From Takakia lepidozioides (lineage: Eukaryota > Plantae > Bryophyta), in contig CM060731.1 of NCBI GenBank assembly GCA_030704615.1, forward strand, positions 76,446,001 to 76,510,000: a stretch of DNA of 64,000 bases, written 5' to 3'. This document shows positions 44,550 through 57,659 of the stretch, in pieces. A program made the position numbers and the translations under genes. How positions within the stretch are numbered: position 1 is the first letter of the stretch; the number at the start of each line of letters is the position of its first letter. The notes under the pieces were generated by a model that had not been told where the DNA came from, ran no database searches, and saw nothing but the letters and a program-made list of their open reading frames with translations.

Positions 44550-45819
44550 TCAAGCACCCATTGCCCCAAAGCAACCAACGCCCAGAGTAGCTTTTGGCAC
44601 GCCCAGAGAGAGGCACTTCACAAAGCGCTCCAACCGAAACAAGCTATAGGCACCGCACCATTGCCACGTATGAGCCTTCCGCATGCAATGCCCGAAGAAC
44701 AATCGTCTCTCTCTCCCTCTCGCACTTGTCCCGCCGACCCCTCACGTGGATCCCCACACACACCCCGTTGCTATTCTTGTCCTGTCACTAAGTTACCCGC
44801 AGGTTTCTTGCAAGACACCATCTTCTCCTCTTCAGAAAAAAGGTTAGCCCTATTCCATCCAGGCTGTATTTTAGCACTGTACCGAGGCTGCCATAATCCA
44901 ATCCTTCGTCTGTTTATCAGTTTCGTTTTGACTCACACACATTTTCAGTCTTGTATGTTACATACACTGGGTGTCCTTATATAGCCAATCCAGATCTAAC
45001 TTGGAGACGAGAGTGGAAACATGTGTGGGGATTCGATAAGAGAGACCAGCATTGCGGCCATAAAGGAGGACAGTCAGGGAGGATAGGTCTCATTAGTTTA
45101 AGTATGACGCGGGGGGGTATGGCTGCCCACCGCCCCTGCGCGTGATTCTTTGCTGGCGGTCCCTCTCGTGATCTCTACATGAGCTATGGGGGCACCAGCA
45201 TGTTTATGGCAGGAAGCTTCTGTGTGCTGCTGGCATGTCGAGCTGAGGTACCCTCGCACACGAGCTTCTCCGTCCACAAGTGTCTCTTTCATAGAGAACC
45301 CACCTACCAGTTGAAGCGATGATGATCGTTCACGCTACGTCGATAAGTAGGGGTTTTTGTGAAGTAGGAGACGGTGGAAGAACAAGGATGTGCAACAAGC
45401 TATGACCTCAGTGGCTGTGATGCGGCAGCCTGGCCCTGGCCTTGCGTGAGGGCCGCTGCCCTGCGCCCTGAAAATGGTTGGGAAAAGGCGAAGCTGAGTT
45501 CTTTTGTTTTCTTTTGGCTCTCGAATCGTGAGGTGGAGAGCTGAACCACATGAGTGCAAGCAGTTTGCATAGTAGGGTGCTCAAGCCTTCCTTTCTCGTA
45601 ATTCTCAAAGGGTCAACCCTGTTACCAAGTAGAGTGCATTACGATGTTCTTTGAGAAACTCCAGGCACATAGGGACTGCATCTCTGTAGGTGCTCCTTGT
45701 ATCTAGTGGGTTCATTGGCGCAGATGGACGTCGTCAGAGAAAGCAGCGCTTGTAGCCTACAGTTGCCCCATTCGTTCTGGTAAGAAAAGAGAGAAGAGAG
45801 AAGGCGAGAAAGTTTCGGT

Positions 45820-46760
45820 CACGAGTTGGAAATGCAGTAGGTGAGAGGGAAGGAAGTGGCAGCTCCAGCAACGGGGATAGAGTAATGAAACCTATACCGA
45901 CTTTGTATCAGGCTCTACCGGCGGGCAAGCAAACCCATTTTCGTGAAGCGGATCTGTTCGACGTTATGCTGAAATATCAATCTTGATTACCTTCAATCCA
46001 GCACTTCCCTCTTTCTGAAAACCTGAAACCGCCTAAGTAGAAGATGTTGAAGCTAGAGTGCTACCACTCAATGGTGACAAGGCAAGCATCCAAGCAGATA
46101 GAATGTACTCTAAAAGAATGCCAGATTCAAGAGGAGACATAGGAACCGAGTTGGGTGTATAGTTTGCTTGCCGTTTGTTTGCAACTTTGCTATCCTAGAC
46201 TATATCACTTAACAATCTGCACCGCCCACCAATGGAATTTCCGTTCCATGGAGTTCAAGCTTCAGAGCTTTCTCCATCTGACTACCGAAAGGCCCAACTC
46301 TCTTCAGGCCGAAAGGGCAACTCTCATACACGAAAGTGCGGAAGAGTCCAGAGTTAGCCAACTCTCTTCCAGGTTCATGTGCTCCTCACCACGGTCGCAC
46401 TTCGTGTATTGTGCCAGCTTGGTTAAACACCATCAGCGAGTTATAGAGCCACAACACTTTTGCGTGTGAATGCATTGCCTCACTGCGTGCATTGGCTACG
46501 TCCCCCAATATTCCCAATGCTGCCACAATGATGATCGATTCACACCATAGAATATCGAAACCAAGAATCTTCTGTGAATGACAAGAGCACAATTTGTTAC
46601 GTAGCAATTTTTAACTCCTCAGGGTCAGTCTCATTCAATGACATCCATTGCACACACACAATGTCTGTGCCTTTCTTTCAGAGTTTTAGTCACAATTCGA
46701 AGGGAAGCTTAAGCTGATGAGTATCTCGCTCTATGTTTCGAGCTTGCAAATATGAAAGCA
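45820..46760. repeat. Diverged local duplication (45820-46090 ~ 50395-50690; 46460-46760 ~ 52465-52820)
   Basis: Shared blocks such as CCCATTTTCGTGAAGCGGATCTGTTCGAC and GCTGCCACAATGATGATCGATTC, in the same order and orientation. Confidence 0.8.
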
Positions 46761-47437
46761 AGAGAACTGGACTGAGAGGTGTTTATAACCAACTACTGCA
46801 CACAAAGACGTGAGCCAAGAGGGACTTGATTCAAAGGGGCCTTGTGCACTAGGGACTTTGGCCAAAACCTTCTAGTGGGTGGAACCTCAAGACCTGCTCC
46901 AGAGGTATGTCTTTCTATTTCTCTGTTGTAGTTTTAGGTCGACAGTGTTAACTTTAGATGGGTCTGGTGAAAAGCTGCTAAGACTTTACACTGTCCGTTT
47001 TAGCTGCTTCCCCATTGTTTCCCTGGATGATCCTACATAATTTTCCATCAAATACGTGCATCTCTTTGGAAGGGATCTCTTCAAGACTGAGGCCCTGATT
47101 AGCAATTCTAATCTACCCACCAACAGGAAACCCCCAGTTCATTTGGCAATCAACATGACTGTAGGGAGAGAAGAGAAGAGTGGAATCGAACCGGGATGCA
47201 AGAGACTTACTCTCAGTTAGATGATTGGCACTGGTCGCCAGATTTAGGGCAAAGACCACAAATGCTACTACTATGGGGGGTTCGAGTACCTTCAGACACT
47301 GAGTACATTTTTTCAGGGCCATCCTCATCTAGCAGACAGTTTGACCTTCACCCTGCTTGAAGAATGGGCCTACAGCATTGGTGTGAAAGTGCTTGTATCT
47401 GACACTTAAATTCTAGATTTACCTCAATTGTGTCAGG

Positions 47438-48970
47438 AACGCATTGTATTTGACTGCTGCAGTGCTGAGAAATCATGAGGTGGTAAAGCTGGAAGTGGCA
47501 ATTGACAAGGAGAAGAGGATTACACATTCAGAGCTGATGGAGAGTACTGAGGATGTGATACTGAACCAAATCAAAGCCCTTGTAAAATTGGAGACCTGGG
47601 GGTTTTGAGTAATGGGTCTGCAGAGCCTGCTTTCCGAATGGTGACCTTGCGATCAGACAATCAAGAGATGACGAGGTACCATGTGATTGGCTTTGTGGAG
47701 AGGTTGTTAGTATGTTTTTCTGTTGTCACCCTCGGTGCCTGGGCACCCCAGCAGGTGGAATTTCTCTTAGTGTCAATATGATCTTGAAACAAGTGTAGAT
47801 GATCAGGAAATAGTCTCGTCATGATAGAGTTACAGAAATTCAAAGGCACAATTGACACTGATTTTCTTCTCCCAAACCATTTATAGACCAAGCACTAATC
47901 TGCAGGAAGAAAGGTGGGTCTGGTTCGCATTGGATGTATGCTCACTTGGTATTACCTATGATGAGCCAGAGACAGAGCTAAAATGACTCTTGAGATGTAG
48001 TCTCTGCACTGGCTTGTGCTGCTTGGATGAAGAACAATATGCAGTTTTGATATATGTTATGCCTCTTGAGTGTATAGTTGTATCCTGTTTATTTGCTTGC
48101 ATTTATATAATAATCCGGACCACCACAGTCCGGATGTTAAGAAGTGAATGGGCAGTAGGAGCAGCTAGTGGCTGCTATGCATGGTGATGATGTTGTGATA
48201 CGCAGTGAATGAGCTTTATACGGTTAGACTTCACTCTTTCAGTAGTTAACGTTACAAATATAAGTCTGCAGTTTACTTGGCACTTGCGTGGATATGCAAC
48301 AGAAAATGAAGTGATGGCTTCGAGAATACGTCTGACTTAGAAATAGAACAGGAATGATGGCTTGGAGAACACTCCATTTTCTCTTTAGTCTAAATACGCC
48401 ATCGTCCAGAGTCTAGTTTCCTTCTCTCCTCCTATTCTGTCCCATGCAGAAGTCATTTCTCTTGCTCGACTTTTCACTGATGCATCTGTTACCGTGAGGC
48501 AGGTTCGACGACAACATCAAGCAGAGTTAGGCAGGCAGAAGAACCAAGAGAGCCAGAAGACTGGCAGCAGGAGGGCTGGGGAATGGAGATGGAGACTGGC
48601 AACAGGATGGCTCCATTAGAGCAATGGGGGACATTGTGGCAATCGAAGTGTTGATGACATCCCGTCCTGAGAGCTCATGATTCAGGTAACTAAGAGTGAG
48701 GTCTATTTTTGTATCCTTCACTCTAAGTATCCAACCTCCTATGGGCAGGAACTACTTAATAATCCCTTCAGCTTCAGAAAAGATGTTGGATATAATGTTT
48801 TTTGATTTCTTCCAAAACATGTGTAGTTGATCTTCTAACGTCTTCTGTTGGGCTGTCCTTTTGGAAAATTGACAAAGTACAAAGGCTTGTCTTTATGGCT
48901 TCCTCAAGTCTGTTGCCACTCTATGGCCTGCTTGTCCCTTTCCACATTGCCACCCTAAAGAGTGTTTCAT
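47438..48970 (+). pseudogene. SPT16: Scattered fragments of FACT complex subunit SPT16
   Basis: ALYLTAAVLRNHEVVKLEVAIDKEKRITHSELMESTEDVILN (~47440-47566), RRQHQAELGRQKN..ARRLAAGG (~48507-48580, frameshifted) and LLPLYGLLVPFHIATLKSVS (~48909-48969) are collinear with plant SPT16. Most of the gene is absent. Confidence 0.75.
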
Positions 48971-49750
48971 GGATTCGGCCGTCCCACTTTCCCAGAGAGA
49001 GCACAGCACAAGGGAACTATGACAGCCAGGCTGGGACACCTCCGTGTCTCCCTGCCATTCTGAGACAGCATTCACTGATATCTCACCGCCTTCCCCACTG
49101 CTATCAGTGTCACCTCAAAGGCTGGCAATACCAAGTAGGCCTAAAAGACATTTTTGGCATGAACCTTCACAAATGAGAAAGTACCTGAGCAAGAATTTGT
49201 GCTGGAATCATTCTTCATAGTAATGGTCATGTTTTGCTTTGTCCCTCGACTTATGATTCATTCACAGAAGGTAGGAAGCATGCGTTGCAGTCTCCAACGG
49301 TCACAACATATCAACAGATCGGGCATGGGACTTGGAAACTGAGTATCTCGTGCATTTGAGTGGAGAAGTTGGAGTCAAGTTATCAAGACCTATGCCTGTG
49401 AATCTTCTGGCCATATATATGTCATTCTAACACTATTTTGTGAAATATACTAGGAATTGTTGATCGATCACTACATTAGTACTCAAGGCTGTGTTTGGGT
49501 GAAATCTAAGTTCATCATGTCTCCTAAGAGAATGTGCACATTGCTGTTTCCTGGGGAATTTTTGGTTATGGCATTCCCTCCATGTGTGAGTGTAGAGAGA
49601 GGGAGTGTCTATGCCGGTTCAGATCCGATTCAAGGAAAATATCAGGTCAAATGCATCTGGCTACATCTAAAAGTGAAAGTTTTCACCACTTGGACTACAG
49701 CTGGTGTAGTAAAATGTCAACATTCAATGTTGAAATTGGTGAAGCTTCAG

Positions 49751-49963
49751 GGATATGGAATGACAGAGGCTGGCCCAGTTGAGACTCTAGACATCTAGAC
49801 AATGTGTCTGGCATTTGCCAAGGACCCATTTCCTGTGAAGCCTGGGTCGTGTGGAACTGTGGTATGCAGTGTAGAGGTCAAGCTTGTTGGTACTAGACAG
49901 GTGGGTGACTACCATATAACCAGCCCGGCGAGATTTTCATTCAGGGACCTCAAATTATGAAAG
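49751..49963 (+). pseudogene. 4CL: Isolated 4-coumarate:CoA ligase exon (disrupted)
   Basis: AG|GYGMTEAGPV...[21 protein letters not shown]...[17 protein letters not shown]|GT, with an insertion/stop after GPV and a frameshift. Other exons were not found. Confidence 0.85.
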
Positions 49964-51256
49964 GTATGCAATCGCATAGAATTGTATACTACCTTCTCTC
50001 TTGCCATGTGTCTTATCATTTTCTGTTCCCCTACACATCAAACTGGACATTTTGCTGCTTCTGTGGATATAAAACATGGTGTGAGCTTCATAGACACAGC
50101 TCGTGAAATTGATAGAGCGACTTACAGATAGTTTGTCAAAGGCAGGAATATGCCTGCTGAGTGCTACCCAACAGCATGGCTGAGTGTTCCCGGTATTTCA
50201 AGAAATTGGCAGAAACTTGGTAAGAATTGAACTATCTTAAGTGTCCGATACCCACTGTCGGTAGCTGATGAAGTCAGTGGGGAGTGGTGTTGCCCAGCTT
50301 GTCACAGCCATACATGATGGAATCATGGTCTGAGACTTAAGGATTGACAGTACACGTTAAGACTGAAAACAGAAAAGCCAGAAAAGTCTCGCTCGCGAGC
50401 TCGAAATACAGTAGGTCAATTACTGAGGGAAGTGTGGCAGCTCCAACAAAAGGGGCACACTAATGAAACCTATGTGAACCTCAGGCTCTACCGGCAGGCA
50501 AGTATTGATCCCATTTTCGTGAAGCGGATCTGTTCGACTTAAGCTCATATCTGCCGAACTATGCTTGAATCCTATTGTAATCTGCCAATCCAGCACTTTC
50601 CTCTTTCTGAAAACCTTAAACCGCCGAAGCAGAAGATGTTGTTCAGGCTAGGCCTCTAGGGTGCTACCCCTCAATGGTGACAAGGCAAGAATCTCCTAGG
50701 ACACAGTCACCATTGAATAGGCAAGCATATAAGATTGCACTCAGATAATCATTGTCTGAAGAATCTATTTACTCATATGACTCATATGACTCAGCACAAA
50801 ACAGAGCCTGATGTAGAAGCCCATGTTTGGCATTAGAGAGTGATGGAAAAAGATGTTGTTGGAAGTAGTTAAACATATCATCTTCTAAAAGACTAGTTAA
50901 CGATCTAGAAACTAAAAGACTACCATTGAATTCACCATTAGAAGCTTACTGAACACCACAATAGGAAGTGGAAGGTGAATGGACACCATCTTAAGAAGTG
51001 GAAGTGACTGAAGTGACTAGATGGATCATAGAGATCCAATCTCTCTAAGACCTTCATGTCTAAGCTCAGGTGTGAAGCCACTAGTCAATGATCAAGTATA
51101 TGACAATGGTTTCTATGGTTGGGTGAAGAGCTTAACTTACTATTTATTGCGCTCAATTCTAAGAGATGTCGTAGGCTTCTTCTTGAGCAATGTTATGAAG
51201 GCGAAAGCTATTGAGACCATGGTGATTGAGTCGTCCAATTTTGAGGAAGTTAAAAC

Positions 51257-52359
51257 TAGTGTTGGACTGGTATATAGGGTCTGGCCGGATATCAACCAGG
51301 GTATTGAATAACCGACCCGGCTGGTATTGGCTTTGGTAATACTATGGTTAATAACAGACCCGGCTGGTATTGGCAATTCCGATACTATGATTGATAACTG
51401 GACCGGCTGGTATTGCCAAGGCAATACCTGGGTGCATACCCGTATTATGGGCAAAAACAAAGACTATACCATGGTATGAATAGGAAATTGGCTGGGTGCA
51501 CAATACGTCAGGGGTCAGGGTAAGAGGGTGCACATGTAGGGAGCATGTCCAGCCCCAAGGGCCCGCCACTATGCTTCATTTCTTACCACATGTAGGGCGG
51601 GCCTGCCCCTATTCTTTATTTTTTTCTTAGCACATGTAGGGTATCTTATGAGGACCTCATTGGAGATGCTGGTTTATTTGACAACGAGGGTTGCAATCAG
51701 TCTTTCTTTAGCTAAGCTTGCTTCAATTTGGATACTACAATCTGCAACGTTGTTATTTGTAATGCAAAGACTGAATTTTGCAACATAATAATTAATTTCT
51801 TTGTGAAATCAACTGAAATCTTTTAAATTCAATACATATTAATGATTTAGTGGTTATTTTAATTTTTAATTTTTATTATTTATACCCGGGTTGATAACCG
51901 GCTGGTATTAGATTGGAATACCCACCAACAGTCAGTAGCTCAGTTGGTAAAGTGCACTAAGTGCCATCCGGATGACCCTGGGGTCAAATCCCGCTACTTG
52001 ACGGGTGTGGTACGCTCTTCTCCTCCTTCCCTGCGCGGTGTCGCATCTGAAAGCCTTGCGGCGAGGTCCTTACGGTGAGGTTATTGAGAGGTTATTTTCT
52101 CCTCTCTCTCTATCAAGGGGCCTGATTTGTGAGCTGTCGCTCCCAGATGTTTCCATTTATAAATTATGAAAAAAAAAAAAAAAAACATCCTATTGATACC
52201 CGTTCGCAAATAAAAAATTATACTACTATTGAGAACCGACGGGTATTAAAATTAAGGGAATCTTTCAATACTATGGAACCGGCTGGCATTGCAAATTAAT
52301 TTTTTATTCAATACCCGGACCCAGCTGGTATTAGAAAAAGTAACACCCGCCCAACACTG
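51257..52359. mobile_element. Non-autonomous hAT-type element hosting a SINE
   Basis: TIRs TAGTGTTGG / CCAACACTG, exact 8-bp TSD GTTAAAAC (51249-51256 and 52360-52367), and subterminal CCGGCTGGTATT repeats. Confidence 0.88.
51925..52185 (+). mobile_element. tRNA-derived SINE with poly(A) tail
   Basis: A-box TAGCTCAGTTGG (51936), B-box-like GGGTCAAATCC (~51982), an unrelated body and an A17 tail (52169-52185). It does not fold as a complete tRNA. Confidence 0.75.
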
Positions 52360-53699
52360 GTTAAAACATTGGAAATGCTTCCTAAGTAGGATTTCATGTT
52401 TCATGTTTCTTCAGTCTTTTTTTATTCTGGCGTCGGAGGTCTGTCACCCCGAAACTTTCATCACTTGCGTGTGAAGTCACTGCAGTCTGCCTCATTCTGA
52501 GCATTGACTACGTCCACCAGTATTCCCAAAGCTGCCACAATGATGATCGATTCCCACCATAGAGTATCATAACCAAGAATCTTATGTGAATGACAAGAGC
52601 ACAATCTGTCATCAGTAGCAATGAGGTAGCAATCTAAGCTCCTCAAGATCAGTCTCATTCAAGGACCAGCTGAATAGTGTACGTCGCACCATGGTAAACC
52701 ATTGCGCACACAGAGTATGTGCCTTTCTTTCAAAGTTGTGACCACAATACCAAGGGAAGTTAAATTGATGGATAGAGCCCTCACTCCATGCTTCGAGTTT
52801 GCAATTATGAAGCAAGAGGTGCAGCATGTAGATGTGGTGAGAGCATGCCCAGGAATCTTGAGTACTCCAATCCAATTCAGCTATAAGAAACACTCCCGAA
52901 CACTCCCCAATCCTGGGAAGGCTGCAACATTTGATGAGGTCATTTAGTAAGAGAATTAGCCTCTTGACTGTTGGAGTGTTTGTTCACTTCAGAGTAACTG
53001 GTGCTCCTTGAATAGCAAGTTGGATACTTGTTAGACATGCACATATATGTTATTCATGACAGATAGTAATAGCAAGTTGGACACTTGTTAGACTAATTTT
53101 AAGTATGTGTACTTAAGTACTAGGCAGTCAGGCCATTCCGGCCATTATGAAATGGATAGAGTCTCTCCAGCTGGATGAAGATGTCAATGTCAAGCTAGGA
53201 ATCTTCACATCCCGTAGGTTGGATGCATTTAAATCACCTCCAGAAGCATCTGAATCTTGATCTGCACCAGTGTCAGTATATTCTCTAGTAAACTTGTGAT
53301 GACAGGTATAGTGCAATGGATAAATGAGCTTGGTGATATTCTCATTATGAGCTCTTCTGTAAAGTAGAAACCAGCTATGATGTTGTGCTCGCTACGTGAT
53401 GATAGATTGACTAAAAGCTTCAAGCAGCCACACTGAAACTTGTTGTCAAATAAATGTGCACCTCATTACAACACCACAAATAGGGATTCACATACTCAAA
53501 CCCAACCCAATTGTTTATACCAAGGTAAGTCCAAGGTAAGTCCCACTACTGGAGTGAGCCCTCACAAAGGCAGTGTCTATTTGCTCTTGGTCTGCCTTCA
53601 GTTGTAACGTTGTAACTCGGATGCACATACACAAAAATGTGGTTCAAACTTCAAACAGCTAAACGCAAAGCTTTGGATCTCACTCTATGTTTCCACTGC

Positions 53700-54480
53700 A
53701 AAGGGATTAATGAAGAAGGATCATGCTTTGCAACGTTATTAGGGCCACCTTGGAGTACCTAGCTGACGTGGCAGTTCAGGGCATAGCACCCTTGAGCTCT
53801 TGACATGATAAGTTCAGGTCAGATGAATTGCATGCCTAACCAGATACCCTAAGATGATTGACTCTATTTCTTGGAAGCAAGACCATCCTCTTAAATTGGT
53901 TAAGTCCTGGCGGAAAAGGTAGAGGAGATCCTCAAGTACCTGAATATATTAGGTAGGAAGAACTGACCCTGCTAGATGAAGCTGGAGGCTTAAGTGTCTA
54001 CTTGTCCATGTCAGAAGCGTGAAAAATTAATGTCCCAACAAAACAAAGTTAGGCATAAAACTTTACTGAACTTGATTCCAGTTTGTCACATGGGTTCTAA
54101 GGATGATCTGAAAGGCCTACCTACCCTTGGCACTAGAATGAAATTAAATCTCAGGGCTGGGAGTCTACCTTTGACCAACAAACAGATGCAGAGAGGAAAG
54201 AGAGATTGTCAATGCCCAATATGTGGGTGCCTTGAAGACAACATCCCTTTTTTGATACAATGTCTGGGATATTCTCATCAGTGACCCTCTTCAGGACCAT
54301 CAAGAACATAGTACTTGCACCTCTGTTCACCAACTTTCAAACCCTTGAGGCTGAGCCTAAAGCCTTGGCCCTGTTGGGGTCTACTTGCTGGGCGGTTCAA
54401 ACACAACATATTGATGTTTGTGTAAAGGGCTTTCTAGATGAAATCTGGAAAGCCCGAACTAATTGTTTATGTCAAGGTAA
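53700..54480 (+). mobile_element. 3' remnant of a non-LTR (LINE-like) retrotransposon ORF2
   Basis: LRAGSLPL...RDCQCPICGCLEDNIPFLIQC.GY resembles the C-terminal CCHC (zf-RVT-like) region of LINE ORF2. Heavily degenerate. Confidence 0.5.
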
Positions 54481-55149
54481 GTCACTACACTGGAGTGAGC
54501 CCCTCACAAAGGGGTCTGTGGCAACAAGGGTACAGCAAACAAAGTCTTATGAGTACATTCTCTCTCTCTCTTTCTTAATGGCAGCTGCGGTAAATTAAGT
54601 TCATACTAAGTACCCAACATGTTCAGAGAGACACAAACCCACATGTATGCATGTGTCTAGAAGGAGCAACAGATACGGGCTTGTTTTGGTGCTGGGTATG
54701 GAGTCCATAAAGTCCTAAAGGATGGAACTTTAGAACGTCAACCGGAAGCTCAAAGTGCTTATGAAGAGATGAAAGAATGATGCAAGAAAGAGAGAAGGCG
54801 GGCCCTCAAAGCAACCTGAAAGAAACCACTATTCACAATCCAGAGATTCCCTAAGGTGGAGAGATTCATGAGGTGTGCTGCCAGGCATTTCTGGTCGCCA
54901 TAATGATAGACCTCTGCAAGAAACAACTTTAAAACATCCATAGAAAGCTCAAAGAGAGATACTCTAAATTACTTGTCGATTGATGGATGTATGAGCCTGG
55001 GCAGGCTTCAATACCTGCTGTACAAGATGATGGAAGATGCCATGCAAAGGTGTAACCAGCTCCTTGACAACCAGCTCCAATTGCTGAGGAACAGGCTAAT
55101 GTGCCACTGTTGGGTCCTTGAAATACTAGACACCCACCACACCAACGGG

Positions 55150-55600
55150 CAGTCTCCAGAATGATATCTGGCTTAACTCCAGCTTTGATCATGTCAGCAT
55201 GCACCTCCTTGCCCTTGTCCAATGCTCCTAGTCCGGCACATGCCTTGAGAATGCAAATGAATGTGACCCTGTTGGCAGTACTGATTCCCGTCTCATCTGT
55301 TCATAGATCTTCAAAACCTCCATGCCAAAATCATGCTGCACATATCCTGCCATCATTATAATACATGTAAATATATTTCACTCAGACATTTTGTCAAACA
55401 CTTGGCATGCATCCACCACGCTCCCACAGTTGTCATACATATTAACAAGGGTGTTGAGTAAAAAGATGTTGGGCTTGAATCCACTTTGGATTATGTTGCA
55501 TTCCTGTAAGAGACAGACATAAGTATTGGAGTCTGGTGATCTGCCTCCTTGGTCCAAAATGCGCAATGCCCCTTTAAGCTGTCATGTCTTGGTTAGTGTC
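55150..55600 (-). pseudogene. PLS-class PPR gene fragment
   Basis: PDSNTYVCLLQEC, GFKPNIFLLNTLVNMYDNCGSVVDACQVFDKM and VTFICILKACAGLGALDKGKEVHADMIKAGVKPDI, with stops and deletions. Confidence 0.85.
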
Positions 55601-56404
55601 CTGACAGTGCCACCAGTACCAGAGGAATTCTTGTTGTATCCTTCTCTTACTCCTCCTTAAAAAAACACCGATCATAATGGAGGTGCACCACTGTGGAGCA
55701 TTCAACCCTGCCATCCTGCACAACTCAAACGGCTGAGTTACTGACCTTTATGCTCAAACTCACATCATATATTACATGGCTAACAGAAATTTCAAGGATA
55801 AAAACCTCTTCAAGATGAGAGCCCTTTACTGCACACTATTTCAGGGCTATTAAGCAACTTAAGTCCTACTAGGACTTTCAGAATTGACTGTACCAACTCC
55901 ATTTGTTTAAGCTTGGAGATTACATGATCATCAAAACAATACCTGTTGCAAGGAGCATTAGATTGTTCTTTGACCTTCTTTTATGGCAGATATGTCTGCT
56001 TTCACCCAGAGCAATATCGACCAACTCCAAATGGAATTTCACGATGTAAATAACTAACAGCACCTGGTTGACAATAGATCCACAAAAAACATTCATGGTA
56101 CCACACCACGGCATCCCAGCTTCCACCGAGATTTGACAGATAGGCAGAAACTTCTTCGAACCTCCTGCATTCTTATTCAACTGCACATCTGTAAGCGAGG
56201 ATGTTGCCAGTTGCACCGGTGTCGTTGCACCTGATTCATTCAAAGTGGGGTATCTGGGAATTGAATCTCTCCTTGACGAATATGATTATGGGAGTGGATT
56301 GTAGAGCATAATGGGCTTGGAATCCTCAGACTGCAGCCTCGTCTCTGTTATCTGTGAGAAATGTGCAGCATCCACCATGTAGGATCTCCCTCTGAGATCG
56401 GAAT

Positions 56405-57207
56405 AAACAGGCTGAAATGTGTTGAAGCGGAAAACTGATCATTCCAAAGCTTTTCCTCATCTCTGTTATCTGTTTTTGGATACTTTCCTGCTGCCACATC
56501 GGCAGTAACTTGTCAGGGCCGAGTCTGATGAGAAGGCAAAACAGGCTGAAATAGGTCAAAGCTGCTTGTGTCTGTTGTCAGGTAAAGTCGGACTGATCTG
56601 TGAGAACCTCCACGGTGCAGCTGAGCAGGCAGAGATTGACTCTCCCAAGAAACTTGTAAACATAAGGAAGAATACCAAACGACGGTACTAATAGGAGCCA
56701 AGAGCCCACTCAGATAAGAGGGAAAAACAGGCTGAAATGTGTTGAAGAAGTACCTTCATTAGCAGTGCATTGTTCTATCAATTGCGCTGCTGCCACTGCT
56801 GTTTCCTCCCCACGCAGATTTCTTGTAGCTATTGATCCACAGGGAATCAGAAGTAATCTTCTGTTTGAAATCCGGCCATCTTGGATGAATCTGGCATTCA
56901 CCCCTTTTTGCCTGGATTGTTCCACCATTGACTTGGGTCGGAAAACGTATTTATTCCATAGCTTCTCCTCGTTTCTGTTATCTGTTTTCCGATACTTTCC
57001 TGTTGCCACATTGGCAGTAACATGTCAAAATCACTCCAAAACCACCATAGATCCACCAACGAGCTAACTTGCAGAATTCAACGTGAGAATTTAGGGCAGA
57101 CTCTGATAACAGGGATAAACAGGCTGAAATGTGTTGAAGCGGAAAAGTGATCATTCCAAAGCTTTTCCTCATCTCTGTTATCTGTTTTTGGATACTTTCC
57201 TGCTGCC
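56405..57207. repeat. ~90-bp direct repeats (56405-56496, 57117-57207) plus partial copies
   Basis: AAACAGGCTGAAATGTGTTGAAGCGGAAAA.TGATCATTCCAAAGCTTTTCCTCATCTCTGTTATCTGTTTTTGGATACTTTCCTGCTGCC occurs twice; AAACAGGCTGAAAT occurs four times. Confidence 0.85.
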
Positions 57208-57659
57208 GCGCTCAAGCACGCCTTCCCCGCGCTGCAAGACAGTTACTTTTGGGCAGTCTGGGCACATATAAATAATTTGACGACGACAATGACATGGCAA
57301 CGATGACGTGTTTACAATGACGGGGCTACAAAACGTGGCGACAATGACGTGGCTATGATGACGAGGTGACGATGACGAGGCACTATGGCACCCTATTCCT
57401 GCTCTACGCTAAACTAGCTTTTTCGCCACATCCTCAGCGCTCAAGTACGCGGGGGCATCCCTTCCCCGTGCTGCAAGACAGTTACTTTTGGGCAGTCCGG
57501 GCAGGTATAAAGTTTTTGACGACGACGATGACATGGCTACAATGACGTGTCTAGGATGACGTGGCTATGAAACGTGGCGACAATGACGTGGTTATGATGA
57601 CGTGACGACGATGATGAGGCCCTATGGCACCCTATTCCTGCTCTACGCTAAACTAGCTT
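57207..57659. repeat. Tandem duplication of ~215-225 bp rich in ATGACGTGG motifs
   Basis: Both copies run from GCGCTCAAG to TATGGCACCCTATTCCTGCTCTACGCTAAACTAGCTT. Confidence 0.9.

Noticed and set aside
43846-44649. 267-aa plus-strand ORF, and similar antisense ORFs over gag/pol such as 28939-29598
   Set aside because: These are antisense shadows of real coding sequence with no recognisable motifs.
55920-57200. Possible multi-exon gene remnant on the minus strand
   Set aside because: Coding-like pieces are visible, but I cannot assign a family or a consistent exon chain.
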